Source: an uncultured Candidatus Saccharibacteria bacterium
GTDB lineage: Bacteria > Patescibacteriota > Minisyncoccia > Phycocordibacterales > Phycocordibacteraceae
Direction: 5' to 3'
Assembly (NCBI GenBank): GCA_964569655.1
Contig: CAZMTN010000001.1
Location: 64,542-128,541, forward strand
Length of the DNA: 64,000 nucleotides
In this document: positions 27,905 through 37,539 of the stretch, one piece after another
Layout of the letters: each line of letters opens with the position of its first letter
How positions within the stretch are numbered: the first letter of the stretch is position 1
The notes under the pieces: model-generated
Database searches by the model: none
The model's input: only the letters and a program-made list of their open reading frames with translations
What the model was told of the DNA's origin: nothing
Program-made: the position numbers and the translations under genes

Positions 27905-30286
27905 ATGGATATAGTCAGCCGAGGAGAGTCTCGAGGGTTCTCGTTCGATGTCGCAGCGACGTGGTCGCTCGCGGTCACGATCGGGCTCGCCATCATCGCC
28001 ATCATCCCGTTCGGGAACATCCCGTTCCTCTATACGAAAGTATCGCTTCTTGCCGTAGGCACAATCATCACCCTCGCGCTCTTCATCCTTGCGCGGCTCA
28101 CCCGTGGCAACATCATCCTCCCGCCGCTCACGCTTCTCGGCGCTATGTGGCTCGTGCCGGTAGCCTACGGGCTCTCGGCGCTCTTCGCGGATGCGAGCTT
28201 CGGCCAGTCGTTCTTCGGCGCGGAGCTTGAGACCGACACCTTCGGCTTCGTCCTGCTCTCGGCGCTCCTCGGTACGCTCGCAGCCGTGGTGCTCAGGAGG
28301 CGCGAGCAGCTCTCGCTCTTCTTCAAGGTCGGCACCATCGTCGCAGCCGTCGTGCTCGTCGCCGAGCTCGGCTTCATCATCGCTGGCCAGATCATGCCCG
28401 AAAGCGTTTCCGCTACCGCGAACCTGGTCGGCTCCTTCGCGGACCTCGGCATGCTGATAGGCCTTGCGATCTCCATCGCGCTGCTTGCGCTCCGGTTCCT
28501 CCCGGTATCTTCTCGAATGACCACCGTCCTCTATGTAGGCGGCGTGTTCGGGCTCTTCATCCTCGCGCTCGTGAACTCGTCAGTGCTCTGGGTGCTCGTC
28601 GGCCTCGTGGCGCTCGGCCTCTTCATCGAGGGAATCATGAGCCGCCGCGGCATGGATTCGGACGATGAGCTCTCTGGCGTCATCACGCCGTCTGCAGAGT
28701 CTTCTGGCGGCGAGCAGGGAAGCTCCATGGTGCTTCCGCTCATCGTGCTCGTCGTGTCGCTCTTCTTCCTCATCGGAGGAGCGACCATCGGCAACGCGCT
28801 TACCAATACCTTCAACGCATCCCTCATCAATGTGACGCCGTCCTGGTCTTCCACCTTCGCGACGGGCGGCCACACCTACGCCTCATCTCCGCTCTTCGGC
28901 ACCGGTCCTGGCTCCTTCGGCGAAGAATGGCTCAAGTACCGCGATGCGGCTCTCAATGACACCGTGTTCTGGAGCCTCGACTTCAACTCGGGCGTCGGCT
29001 TCATCCCGACCTCGTTCGTGACGACCGGAGCCATCGGCGCGCTCGCGTGGCTCGCCTTCCTCGGGCTCCTGCTGTTCCTCGGCATCCGCTTCCTCCTCAT
29101 GCGTGCGCCGGAAGATCCGACCGCCCGCTTCGCGGCGCTCGCCTCGTTCGTCGCTGCCGTCTACCTCTTCACGCTCCTCACGTTCGCCGTGCCGGGACCT
29201 ATCGTCACCGTGCTGGCGTTCGTCGCAGTCGGCGTGTTCATCTCGTCGATGCGCTACGGCATGGGCGCGCAGGAATGGGGAGTAGCGTTCGCGAGGAGCC
29301 CTCGTATCGGCTTCCTCATCGTGTTCTGCCTCACGCTCCTCCTCCTCGGCTCCGTGCTCGGCGTCTATGTCGTCACCGAGCGCTACCTGGCGAACGTATC
29401 CTATGCGAACGGTTCGGCAGCGCTCTCAAGCGGCAACCTCGAAGGAGCCGCGCGCGCGACCTCGCAGTCCATCATGTTCGCTCCGTCGGATCGCGCGTAC
29501 CGCCTCATGAGCTCGGTCGGCATCGCCCGCCTCAATCAGATCGCGGCGGATGAGAACCTCTCGCAGGACCAGGCGCGCACCGAATTCCAGGCAGCGCTCT
29601 CCGGCGCCGTCTCTGACGCTCTCACGGCGACCCAGCTCGGCCCGAACAACTATCTGAACTGGACCGCGCTCGGCGACGTCTACAGCGCCGTCGTACCGCT
29701 CGGCATCGATCAGGCGTACGAGAACGCGAAGACCGCGTACGAGAAGGCGGTGAGCCTCAATCCGACCAATCCGGTGCTCCCGTACATCCTCGCGCAGCTC
29801 GAGATCGCGAACGAGGATACGGTGGCGGCTGAGGCATACCTCAACCAGGCCATCAGCCTCAAGAACGATTACACCCAGGCGATCTTCCTCCTTTCCCAGC
29901 TGCAGGTGCAGCAGGGCAAGGCTGCGGAGGCGCTCCAGGCAGCGGAAGCGGCAGCGTACTTCGCGCCGAATGACCCGGTAGTCCTCTTCCAGGTAGGACT
30001 CCTGCGTCTTGGCACCGATGACGCCGAGGGCGCCGTCGCGGCTCTCTCGACCGCCGTAAGCCTCAATCCGGAATACGCGAACGCGCATTACTTCCTCGCC
30101 ATCGCGCACGCGACGCTCGCGCAGTACGAGGAAGCGATCGCGGAGCTCGAGATCGTATCGTCGCTCTCTCCGGAGAACGCCGAAGCGGTAGCCGGCTTCA
30201 TCGCGACGCTGCGCACCAACAAGAACCCGTTCCCGCCGACCACCTTCGCTGAACAGCCTCTCGCAGAGACCACCACGGCGCAGTAA
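27905..30286 (+). CDS. large polytopic membrane protein (O-antigen-ligase/Wzy-like N-terminal part) with C-terminal TPR repeats
   Basis: About 12 TM helices over the first 500 aa. The C-terminal 250 aa contain TPR-like repeats (AYENAKTAYEKAVSLNP..., YANAHYFLAIAHATLAQYEEAIAELE). ATG at 27905; the track start at 27872 is in frame. Confidence 0.55.
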   Translation: MDIVSRGESRGFSFDVAATWSLAVTIGLAIIAIIPFGNIPFLYTKVSLLAVGTIITLALFILARLTRGNIILPPLTLLGAMWLVPVAYGLSALFADASFGQSFFGAELETDTFGFVLLSALLGTLAAVVLRRREQLSLFFKVGTIVAAVVLVAELGFIIAGQIMPESVSATANLVGSFADLGMLIGLAISIALLALRFLPVSSRMTTVLYVGGVFGLFILALVNSSVLWVLVGLVALGLFIEGIMSRRGMDSDDELSGVITPSAESSGGEQGSSMVLPLIVLVVSLFFLIGGATIGNALTNTFNASLINVTPSWSSTFATGGHTYASSPLFGTGPGSFGEEWLKYRDAALNDTVFWSLDFNSGVGFIPTSFVTTGAIGALAWLAFLGLLLFLGIRFLLMRAPEDPTARFAALASFVAAVYLFTLLTFAVPGPIVTVLAFVAVGVFISSMRYGMGAQEWGVAFARSPRIGFLIVFCLTLLLLGSVLGVYVVTERYLANVSYANGSAALSSGNLEGAARATSQSIMFAPSDRAYRLMSSVGIARLNQIAADENLSQDQARTEFQAALSGAVSDALTATQLGPNNYLNWTALGDVYSAVVPLGIDQAYENAKTAYEKAVSLNPTNPVLPYILAQLEIANEDTVAAEAYLNQAISLKNDYTQAIFLLSQLQVQQGKAAEALQAAEAAAYFAPNDPVVLFQVGLLRLGTDDAEGAVAALSTAVSLNPEYANAHYFLAIAHATLAQYEEAIAELEIVSSLSPENAEAVAGFIATLRTNKNPFPPTTFAEQPLAETTTAQ

Positions 30287-30289
30287 TCC

Positions 30290-31948
30290 ATGGTCGGGCG
30301 CATCTTCGAAACGCTACGTAAACCGGTACGCGGCCTCCATGAGGCCGCGTACGTGCTTGCCGGCCTCACGCTCTCCTCTCAAGTGCTCGCGCTCCTGCGC
30401 GATCGCCTGTTCGCGCATGAGTTCGGCGCGAGCGAGCTCCTCGACATGTACTACGCGGCGTTCAAGGTGCCGGACCTCGTGTTCGCGCTCGTCGCCTCCC
30501 TCGTCTCCGCCTACGTGCTCATCCCGCGCATCGCCGCAGCGGAGAAGAGCGAGGCCAGGCGCATCATCTCGGAGACGGTCATGTTCCTTGCGGCAGCGGG
30601 CGGCGTTATCTGCGCCGGGCTCGCGCTCGCCGCGCCGGACATCATGTTCTATCTCTTCCCGGCGTTCGCGGATTCCCCGAATGCGGACGCGTTCATCTGG
30701 CTTACGCGCCTGCTCCTCATCCAGCCGATACTGCTCGGCCTCTCGTCCATCGTGATGTCGGTCACGCAGGTGGAGCGGCGCTTCTTCGTGTTTGCGTTCT
30801 CGCCGGTGCTCTATAACCTCGGCATCATCGGAGGCGTCATCTTCCTGTATCCCGTATGGGGGCTGCCGGGCATCGGCATCGGCGTGGTCGCGGGAGCCGT
30901 GCTTCACGTAGGTATCCAGCTGCCGACTCTCTCTCGCGCGCGCCTCTTCCCGCAGTTCGTCATCCCGTCCGCGCGCAGCCTGCTTTCCATCATGAAGGAT
31001 TCCGTACCGCGCTCGCTCGCGCTCGGCATGGGATCGGTGGTCACGCTGCTCCTCACCGCGCTCGCGGTGCGCACGGGAGCAGGCGGCGCAAGCATCCTCG
31101 CGCTGGCCTCTAACCTCGAGGCGGTCCCGCTCGCGCTCATCGGAGCGTCCTACGCTACCGCCGCGTTCCCGGCGCTCGCGGAGTACGCAGGGAAGAAGCA
31201 GCAGGAAGAATTCCAGCTCACGCTCACGGCAGCGGCACGGCACCTCATCTTCTGGTCCGCGGTGGTACTGGTGCTTACTATCGTGCTGCGCGCGCACATC
31301 GTGCGCGCATTGCTAGGTACCGGCGCGTTCGACTGGGATGCGACGCGGCTTACGGCTGCGGCGCTCGCTATCCTCGTGATCGGCCTCGTCGCGCAGGGCA
31401 TCACGCTCCTGTCCTCGCGGGCGTTCTACGCAGCCCAGCGTTCCTGGACGCCATTCCTCATCCAGGTATTCGGCGCGATAGTGTCCTGCGCGGGTGCCGT
31501 GTACCTGCTCCATCTTTCGGCCGCCGTCCCCGAGTTCCGGTACTTTATCGAAGCCATGTTCCGCGTCTCTGATATTCCCGGAACGGAGATACTCATGATC
31601 GCGCTCGGTGCGACGGCGGGCCAGGTGCTCATGGGAATCGCCGCGCTTGCCTCCATGCGTCTCGTCGCCCCCGGGACGCCTTCGAGCCTCATCCGCCCGC
31701 TCTGCGAAGGCCTTGCTGCGGCTATCCTCGGCGGGGTGGCGGCGTACGGGGTGCTCGTCCTTGGCGGCACCATAGCGCCGCTCACTACGCTCGTCGCGGT
31801 CTTTGCGGAGGCGCTCGCGGCTGGTATGGTTGGGTTAGCCGTATCGGCGGGCGTCCTCTTCCTCCTTGAGAACAAGGAATTCCGCGATCTCTATGAAGCG
31901 CTCCGGCGCATCAAGGACCGGGTGCTGCCTCCGCTATCGGAATTCTAA
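30290..31948 (+). CDS. murJ: lipid II flippase MurJ/MviN
   Basis: MurJ family N-terminus (LLALLRDRLFAHEFGASELLDMYYAAFKVPDL), 14 TM, 552 aa. Confidence 0.85.
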   Translation: MVGRIFETLRKPVRGLHEAAYVLAGLTLSSQVLALLRDRLFAHEFGASELLDMYYAAFKVPDLVFALVASLVSAYVLIPRIAAAEKSEARRIISETVMFLAAAGGVICAGLALAAPDIMFYLFPAFADSPNADAFIWLTRLLLIQPILLGLSSIVMSVTQVERRFFVFAFSPVLYNLGIIGGVIFLYPVWGLPGIGIGVVAGAVLHVGIQLPTLSRARLFPQFVIPSARSLLSIMKDSVPRSLALGMGSVVTLLLTALAVRTGAGGASILALASNLEAVPLALIGASYATAAFPALAEYAGKKQQEEFQLTLTAAARHLIFWSAVVLVLTIVLRAHIVRALLGTGAFDWDATRLTAAALAILVIGLVAQGITLLSSRAFYAAQRSWTPFLIQVFGAIVSCAGAVYLLHLSAAVPEFRYFIEAMFRVSDIPGTEILMIALGATAGQVLMGIAALASMRLVAPGTPSSLIRPLCEGLAAAILGGVAAYGVLVLGGTIAPLTTLVAVFAEALAAGMVGLAVSAGVLFLLENKEFRDLYEALRRIKDRVLPPLSEF

Positions 31949-33744
31949 TGACTGAACGAATCCGCAACTTCTCGATCATCGCCCATATCGACCACGGAAA
32001 ATCGACCCTCGCGGATCGGCTCTTGGAGCACACGGGCACCATCGAGGCGCGCAAGATGCGCGACCAGGTGCTCGACCGCATGGACCTCGAGCGCGAGCGC
32101 GGCATCACGATCAAGATGCAGCCGGTGCGCATGAAGTACAAGGCGCGCGACGGGAAGGACTACATCCTGAACCTCATCGATACACCTGGCCACATCGATT
32201 TCTCGTACGAAGTATCCCGCGCGCTCGGCGCCGTGGAGGGCGTGATCCTGCTCGTCGACTCCACGCAGGGCGTGCAGGCGCAGACGCTCACCACGCTCGG
32301 CATGGCGCGCGCTGCAGGCTGCACCATCATTCCCGTGATCTCGAAGATCGATTCTCCGTACGCGCGCCCGGACGAGATCAAGGAAGCGGTATCGACGCTC
32401 CTTTCCATAGACCCGAGCACCATCCTCGCGGTATCCGGACGCACTGGAGAGGGCGTGGACGAGCTCCTTGCGGCCATCATCGAGCGCGTGCCGCCGCCGC
32501 GCCCGGCTGTCGCGAACGAACCGCGTGCCACCATCTTCGACTTTTCATACTCGACGCACCGCGGCGTGGCCGTCTACGCCCGCATCCTCGACGGCTCTTT
32601 CAAAAGGGGCGTGCCGTTCGAGTTCAAGGCGGCAGACCGGACCTTCACTGCGCTCGAAGTAGGCGTGTTCATGCCGGACGAGACGCCTGCGGAGTCGCTC
32701 TCTGCAGGAGAGATCGGCTACATCGTGACGGGCATCAAGGAGCCGGGCGTGGTGGCGGTCGGAGACACTATCGGCATCCCGCGCGGCACGCTCCCGCCGC
32801 TCGAGGGCTTCACCCGCCCGCGCCCGGTCGTCTGGGCATCGGTATACCCGGAAGACCAGAACGACCTCCCTGAGCTGCGCCAGGCGCTCGAGCGTCTGCG
32901 GCTTTCCGACTCCTCGCTCTCGTTCGAGGAGGAGTCCTCGGGCGTGCTCGGCCGCGGGTTCCGCTGCGGCTTCCTCGGCATGCTCCATCTCGAGATCATC
33001 ACGGAGCGCCTTCGCCGCGAGTTCAATCTGACCCTCATCGTCACCATCCCGACCATCGAGTACACCGTGACCGATAAGCAGGGCGTGAAGCAGACCGTGT
33101 ACACCCCGTCCCGGTTCCCGTCTTTCGGGGACATCGCGCTCATCGAGGAGCCGTGGGTGAAGGTGATCCTCATCACGCCGCAAGAGTCGCTCTCGGGGCT
33201 CATCCAGCTCTTCCACGACCACGAGGCGAACGTGACCGGCACCGAGACCTATAACGACGGCCGCATCGAGCTCGTCGCGGAGATGCCGCTCCGCGAACTC
33301 ATGCGCGGGTTCTTCGACCGCGTGAAGAACGTCTCCTCTGGCTACGCGTCCCTTTCATACGAATTCCTCGACGAGCGCCCGGCAGACGTGGTCCGCCTCG
33401 ACATCCTCGTCGCGGAGGAGGCCGTGCCTGCGTTCGCGCGCATCATCTCCCGCCGCCGCGTCGCGGAGGAGGCCAATAAGATGGTGGAGAAGCTCCATGA
33501 CGTGCTCCCGCGTCAGCTCTTCGTGACCAAGATCCAGGGAGAAGCCCTGGGACGCATCATCGCGTCGAAATCCCTCTCTGCGATGCGCAAGGATGTCACG
33601 GGGTATCTCTACGGCGGCGACGTCTCCCGCAAGAATAAGCTCCTCCAGAAGCAGAAGAAGGGAAAGAAGAAGCTCCAGTCGAACGCGAAGGTGGACATCC
33701 CGGAGGAGGTGTTCATGAAGATGGTCCAGGACAGCGACCGTTAG
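31948..33744 (+). CDS. lepA: elongation factor 4 (LepA)
   Basis: NFSIIAHIDHGKSTLADRL G-domain plus the LepA-specific C-terminal domain. Its ATG overlaps the murJ stop (TAATG). Confidence 0.95.
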   Translation: MTERIRNFSIIAHIDHGKSTLADRLLEHTGTIEARKMRDQVLDRMDLERERGITIKMQPVRMKYKARDGKDYILNLIDTPGHIDFSYEVSRALGAVEGVILLVDSTQGVQAQTLTTLGMARAAGCTIIPVISKIDSPYARPDEIKEAVSTLLSIDPSTILAVSGRTGEGVDELLAAIIERVPPPRPAVANEPRATIFDFSYSTHRGVAVYARILDGSFKRGVPFEFKAADRTFTALEVGVFMPDETPAESLSAGEIGYIVTGIKEPGVVAVGDTIGIPRGTLPPLEGFTRPRPVVWASVYPEDQNDLPELRQALERLRLSDSSLSFEEESSGVLGRGFRCGFLGMLHLEIITERLRREFNLTLIVTIPTIEYTVTDKQGVKQTVYTPSRFPSFGDIALIEEPWVKVILITPQESLSGLIQLFHDHEANVTGTETYNDGRIELVAEMPLRELMRGFFDRVKNVSSGYASLSYEFLDERPADVVRLDILVAEEAVPAFARIISRRRVAEEANKMVEKLHDVLPRQLFVTKIQGEALGRIIASKSLSAMRKDVTGYLYGGDVSRKNKLLQKQKKGKKKLQSNAKVDIPEEVFMKMVQDSDR

Positions 33745-33765
33745 GCCCACTGATATACTGGGCCT

Positions 33766-34119
33766 ATGGCCCGCAGTCCCCGCTCCGCCTCGATGAAGGA
33801 GATAGCGCTCATCGCGCTGTTTATGCTCGGCATCGTATGGTTCGGGTATCTCATCTGGGGCATCGTGCCGAAGGAAGAGCGCGCGCGGCTGCAAGTGCAG
33901 GAGACCGAGTCCCAGCTCGCCTCCTTGGAGGCGAGGGAAGCGGAGCTCCGGATGAGCCTCGACGAGCTCAACACGGAGCGGGGCAAAGAGGCGGTGCTCC
34001 GGGACACCAAGGGCGTTGCGCTTCCTGGCGAGGAGGTTATCATCGTCGTGCCGCCCGAGGAGCAGCTGCCGCCGCTCGCTCCGCGACCGTGGTGGAAGAA
34101 GCTGTTCGATTGGTTCTGA
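33766..34119 (+). CDS. septum-formation initiator (FtsB/DivIC-like) protein
   Basis: N-terminal TM, a coiled-coil (LQVQETESQLASLEAREAELRMSLDEL) and a C-terminal beta region. TGATATACT extended -10 ends 6 nt before the ATG. Confidence 0.5.
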   Translation: MARSPRSASMKEIALIALFMLGIVWFGYLIWGIVPKEERARLQVQETESQLASLEAREAELRMSLDELNTERGKEAVLRDTKGVALPGEEVIIVVPPEEQLPPLAPRPWWKKLFDWF

Positions 34120-34121
34120 AC

Positions 34122-34192
34122 GCGGGATTGGTTTAGTGGTAGGACGCGACCTTCCCAAGGTTGAGGCAGGAGTTCGATTCTCCTATCCCGCA
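34122..34192 (+). tRNA. tRNA-Gly (anticodon CCC)
   Basis: GCGGGAT acceptor, anticodon loop TTCCCAA, T-arm AGGAGTTCGATTCTCCT, 3' acceptor ATCCCGC, discriminator A. CCA is not encoded. It starts 2 nt after the ftsB-like stop. Confidence 0.9.
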
Positions 34193-34224
34193 CTAATGAC
34201 GCATTACTCTATAAAAGAAACTGC

Positions 34225-35208
34225 ATGAGCGACCCAGCAACCGCATTGGCTGCATTCCCGATAGGATCGGTCCGCGGGATCACGGCACTGAAGACGGGCC
34301 TCATCCACGCTACCTACCGCGTGGAGGCCGAGCAGGGCACCTTCGTGCTCCAGCGCATGAACAAGATCTTTGAGGATTCCGTCCTCGCGGACATGATGCA
34401 CGTCACCGAGCACCTCGCGAAGAAGGGTATGCAGACTTTCGCGCTGGTCCGCACGAATGACGGCGCATTGTCCCATTTCGACGGCTCCTCCCATTGGCGC
34501 CTCCTCACGTATATCGAAGGCATCAGCGTGCATAGCCCGAGCATGGCGCAGATCGAAAGCGCCGGCGAGCTCGTGGGCCGTTTCCATGAGGCTATGGCCG
34601 ACGCGTCCTTCGAGTTCCAGCACACGCTGAAGGCCTTCCACAACACCGAGAGGTACATCGAACGCCTCAAGGCGCTCGACGAGTCTGAGAAGGGCACAGA
34701 GAAGCACCAGGCGCTCGCTGAGATGACGAGCTACGTCCTCGAACGCCTCGCTGCGCTCCCCTTCCTCTTCAAGGAGGAGCCGACTCATGTGATGCACGGG
34801 GACCCGAAGCTCGAGAACGTCTTGTTCGAGAGCGAGACCGGGAAGGCGGTCGCGCTCATCGACCTCGATACCGCCGGGCGCTATTCCCACGCGATTGAGA
34901 TCGGGGACATGCTCCGCAGCTGGACCATGGTGCCGGGCGCGGCGGAGTTCAGCGCCGAGCGCTGGAAGGCAGCGCTTACGGGCTACCGGAAGGCCTCGCC
35001 GTTCGCGCTCGATGACGCCACCTGCATGCAGGCCATGATCCAGATCTCGCTCGAGCTCACGGCCCGCTTCATCATCGACGCGTACGAGGAGAAGTACTTC
35101 CTCCATAACCCGGCCAAGTACCCGACCCTCTACGAGCAGAACCTCGAGTTCGCGGGCCATACCCTGGGGGTCCTCAAGGATTTCGACCAGAAACGGCGCC
35201 TCCTGTAG
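34225..35208 (+). CDS. phosphotransferase-family protein kinase-like enzyme (APH/choline-kinase fold)
   Basis: Brenner motif HGDPKLENVLF and DLDTAG Mg-binding motif. 327 aa. Confidence 0.7.
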   Translation: MSDPATALAAFPIGSVRGITALKTGLIHATYRVEAEQGTFVLQRMNKIFEDSVLADMMHVTEHLAKKGMQTFALVRTNDGALSHFDGSSHWRLLTYIEGISVHSPSMAQIESAGELVGRFHEAMADASFEFQHTLKAFHNTERYIERLKALDESEKGTEKHQALAEMTSYVLERLAALPFLFKEEPTHVMHGDPKLENVLFESETGKAVALIDLDTAGRYSHAIEIGDMLRSWTMVPGAAEFSAERWKAALTGYRKASPFALDDATCMQAMIQISLELTARFIIDAYEEKYFLHNPAKYPTLYEQNLEFAGHTLGVLKDFDQKRRLL

Positions 35209-35210
35209 AG

Positions 35211-35239
35211 TTGCATTTATATAAGAAATGTGTTATAGT
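35211..35239 (+). promoter_or_regulatory. sigma70-type promoter for the ABC exporter gene
   Basis: TTGCAT (35211-35216), 17-nt spacer, TATAGT (35234-35239). SD AGGAGG lies 5 nt before the ATG at 35275. Confidence 0.45.
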
Positions 35240-35274
35240 CATAGCAGGTAATTTCTAAACCCTAGGAGGGGGAA

Positions 35275-37089
35275 ATGTCGTACATTGGCATTCAGCAATC
35301 GCTTACGGACCTGCGCTCTGCGTTTGCTGGCATCCTCCGGGATGCTTGGCACACAGAACGGAGGCAGCTCCTCATGCTTGTCGCGCTCGCCGGCCTCATG
35401 GGGCTCATGCCCTATGTCTCGAATGGCGTGCTCGCGCTTCTCATCAATGAGCTGATAGCTGCTTCGTCCACACATGCGTGGACTGGCATGCTTGTCACCC
35501 TGCTGGTTGTGCTCGGCGCTGTCATGCTCATCAGGGACGCGCTGAACGACTTCTCGGCCCATTTCGAGCGTATCGCATGGATCGATCGGCGGCAGCGCTA
35601 CGAAATAGGGTTTACCCAGAAGCTCGCTTCCCTCGACGTCGCAACCCATGAGGATCGCGCCTTCAAGGACGAGGTTCAGGTGCTCCACGAGGAGGGAGTG
35701 TCGTACACTCTTGCCGATTACGTCAGCAAGATCATCGACAACGCCCAGAACGTCGTCGGCCTCGTGTCGGCGTCACTCATCGTGCTCGCCATCGATTGGC
35801 GATACTTCATCGCGACCTGCATCGCGGTCTCGCCTCAGCTCTATATCGAGCTGAGGTACGGCCGCGGCATCTGGAGCATCCATCAGTCCCAATCGACTGA
35901 CCGGAGGCTCTATACCGAGCTCTCAAGCCATACGACGAGAGCCGAGAGCATCCGGGAGCTGCAGTCGCTTCAGGCGGTCAATCACTTCGTCGGCCGCCAA
36001 CGCGAACTGCTCTCGAAGTTCCTCAATGCGCAGAAGGGCGAGGAGCGATGGAAATTCCTCCTGATGCTCCTTTCCCAGCTGCTCCTGTCGACGGTCATGA
36101 TCACCATCCTGTGCCTTCTCGTACGGGACGTGGTGGCCGGTTCGATGCAGGTGGGCACGCTCACCTTCGCGTTCGCGACCATCGCGGGCCTTGAAGGGAC
36201 GCTGACGGCATTCCTCGTGAATGCCGCTTCGTTCCGGACTAAGGCGCGCCCGGTGGCGGCATACTTCGCCATCCTCGGACGGGAGCCGGTCGTGAAGAAG
36301 CCGGCTAACGGGTTCCGCATGCCTGGAGGGAAGACGCCGCGGATAGAATTCCGCGACATCGCCTTCGCGTATCCGACGACCCCGGAGCGGCCTATCCTCG
36401 ACGGCTTCTCGCTCGCGATCGAGCCTGGAGAGCGCCTCGCCATCGTCGGCGCGAATAGCGCCGGTAAGACGACGCTCATGAAGCTGCTCCAGCGGTTCTA
36501 TGACCCGACCCGCGGGAGCATCCTCATCGACGGCATCGACATGCGCACCGTTGATCTCGACGACTGGTATGGCCACCTGGCTATCCTGCCGCAAGAGTTC
36601 AACGTCTTCGATCTCACGATCGAAGAGAACATCAAGCTCGGCCGGATCACATCCGAGTCGGGGAAGGATGTGATAACGCATGCGGCTGAACGGGCGGAGA
36701 TAAGCGAGTATATTGCGTCTCTGCCCGGACAGTATGGCCAGCAGCTCGGCAACGAGTTCGGTGGCGTGGAGTTGTCCGGCGGCATGCGGCAGAAGCTTGC
36801 GCTCGCGCGAACGCTCTATCGCCATGCTTCCGTCACCATCCTTGATGAGCCTACGGCGCACGTGGATGCCGATGCGGAACAGCGTATCTTCGAGCGGCTC
36901 GAGCGCGAACTGGGACGGGATCAGACTCTGATCCTGATCTCGCATCGCTTCTCGACCGTCCGGAATGCCGACCGCATCTGCGTCATCGACGAGGGGAGGG
37001 TAGCTGAGTTGGGTTCCCATGACGAGCTTATGACTCTGAATGGGACCTATGCCCGGCTGTTCACCCAACAGGCGAAAGCGTACCGTTGA
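35275..37089 (+). CDS. ABC exporter, fused permease/ATP-binding protein (MsbA-like)
   Basis: Six-TM domain, then Walker A (GANSAGKTTLMKLL), signature LSGGMRQKLALAR and Walker B ILDEPTAHVD. Confidence 0.85.
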   Translation: MSYIGIQQSLTDLRSAFAGILRDAWHTERRQLLMLVALAGLMGLMPYVSNGVLALLINELIAASSTHAWTGMLVTLLVVLGAVMLIRDALNDFSAHFERIAWIDRRQRYEIGFTQKLASLDVATHEDRAFKDEVQVLHEEGVSYTLADYVSKIIDNAQNVVGLVSASLIVLAIDWRYFIATCIAVSPQLYIELRYGRGIWSIHQSQSTDRRLYTELSSHTTRAESIRELQSLQAVNHFVGRQRELLSKFLNAQKGEERWKFLLMLLSQLLLSTVMITILCLLVRDVVAGSMQVGTLTFAFATIAGLEGTLTAFLVNAASFRTKARPVAAYFAILGREPVVKKPANGFRMPGGKTPRIEFRDIAFAYPTTPERPILDGFSLAIEPGERLAIVGANSAGKTTLMKLLQRFYDPTRGSILIDGIDMRTVDLDDWYGHLAILPQEFNVFDLTIEENIKLGRITSESGKDVITHAAERAEISEYIASLPGQYGQQLGNEFGGVELSGGMRQKLALARTLYRHASVTILDEPTAHVDADAEQRIFERLERELGRDQTLILISHRFSTVRNADRICVIDEGRVAELGSHDELMTLNGTYARLFTQQAKAYR

Positions 37090-37109
37090 ATGAAATAGCT
37101 TGATCCTTA

Positions 37110-37143
37110 GGCCGCGCATCACCCATGCGCGGCCTCTCTTTTT
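37110..37143 (+). terminator. rho-independent terminator
   Basis: GGCCGCGCAT-CACCC-ATGCGCGGCC is a perfect 10-bp stem, followed by TCTCTTTTT. Confidence 0.7.
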
Positions 37144-37200
37144 ACCCTCGACTTATCCCCAGGGGCCCTATGCTATACTTCGAAAACCTAAAAAATAAGT

Positions 37201-37443
37201 ATGGATAAACAAGTAACCATCTACAGCACGCCGACCTGCCACTTCTGCCAGATGAGCAAGGAGTTCTTCAAGGAGAACAACATCGCCTTCACCGAGCACA
37301 ACGTGGCAGCTGACCTCGAGAAGCGCCAGGAGATGATCCAGAAGTCCGGCCAGATGGGCGTCCCGGTCATCACGATCGGAGAGGAGCTTGTCGTCGGGTT
37401 TGATAAGGCCCAGCTCTCGACCCTCCTCGGTATCGGAGCATAA
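37201..37443 (+). CDS. glutaredoxin-like protein (YruB/NrdH-like small thioredoxin-fold protein)
   Basis: 80 aa with a CHFC active site (VTIYSTPTCHFCQMSKEFF) and a GVPVI motif. The TGcTATACT extended -10 lies upstream. Confidence 0.75.
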   Translation: MDKQVTIYSTPTCHFCQMSKEFFKENNIAFTEHNVAADLEKRQEMIQKSGQMGVPVITIGEELVVGFDKAQLSTLLGIGA

Positions 37444-37454
37444 GGGAAGCAGCC

Positions 37455-37482
37455 AAAGCCGCCCGAAGGGGCGGCTTTGTTC
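37455..37482 (+). terminator. rho-independent terminator
   Basis: AAAGCCGCCC-GAAG-GGGCGGCTTT followed by GTTCG. Confidence 0.6.
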
Positions 37483-37539
37483 GTACATTGCGGACATAGC
37501 TAACTCCTACTAGTAAAGAGATGATATATTCTGTATTGA

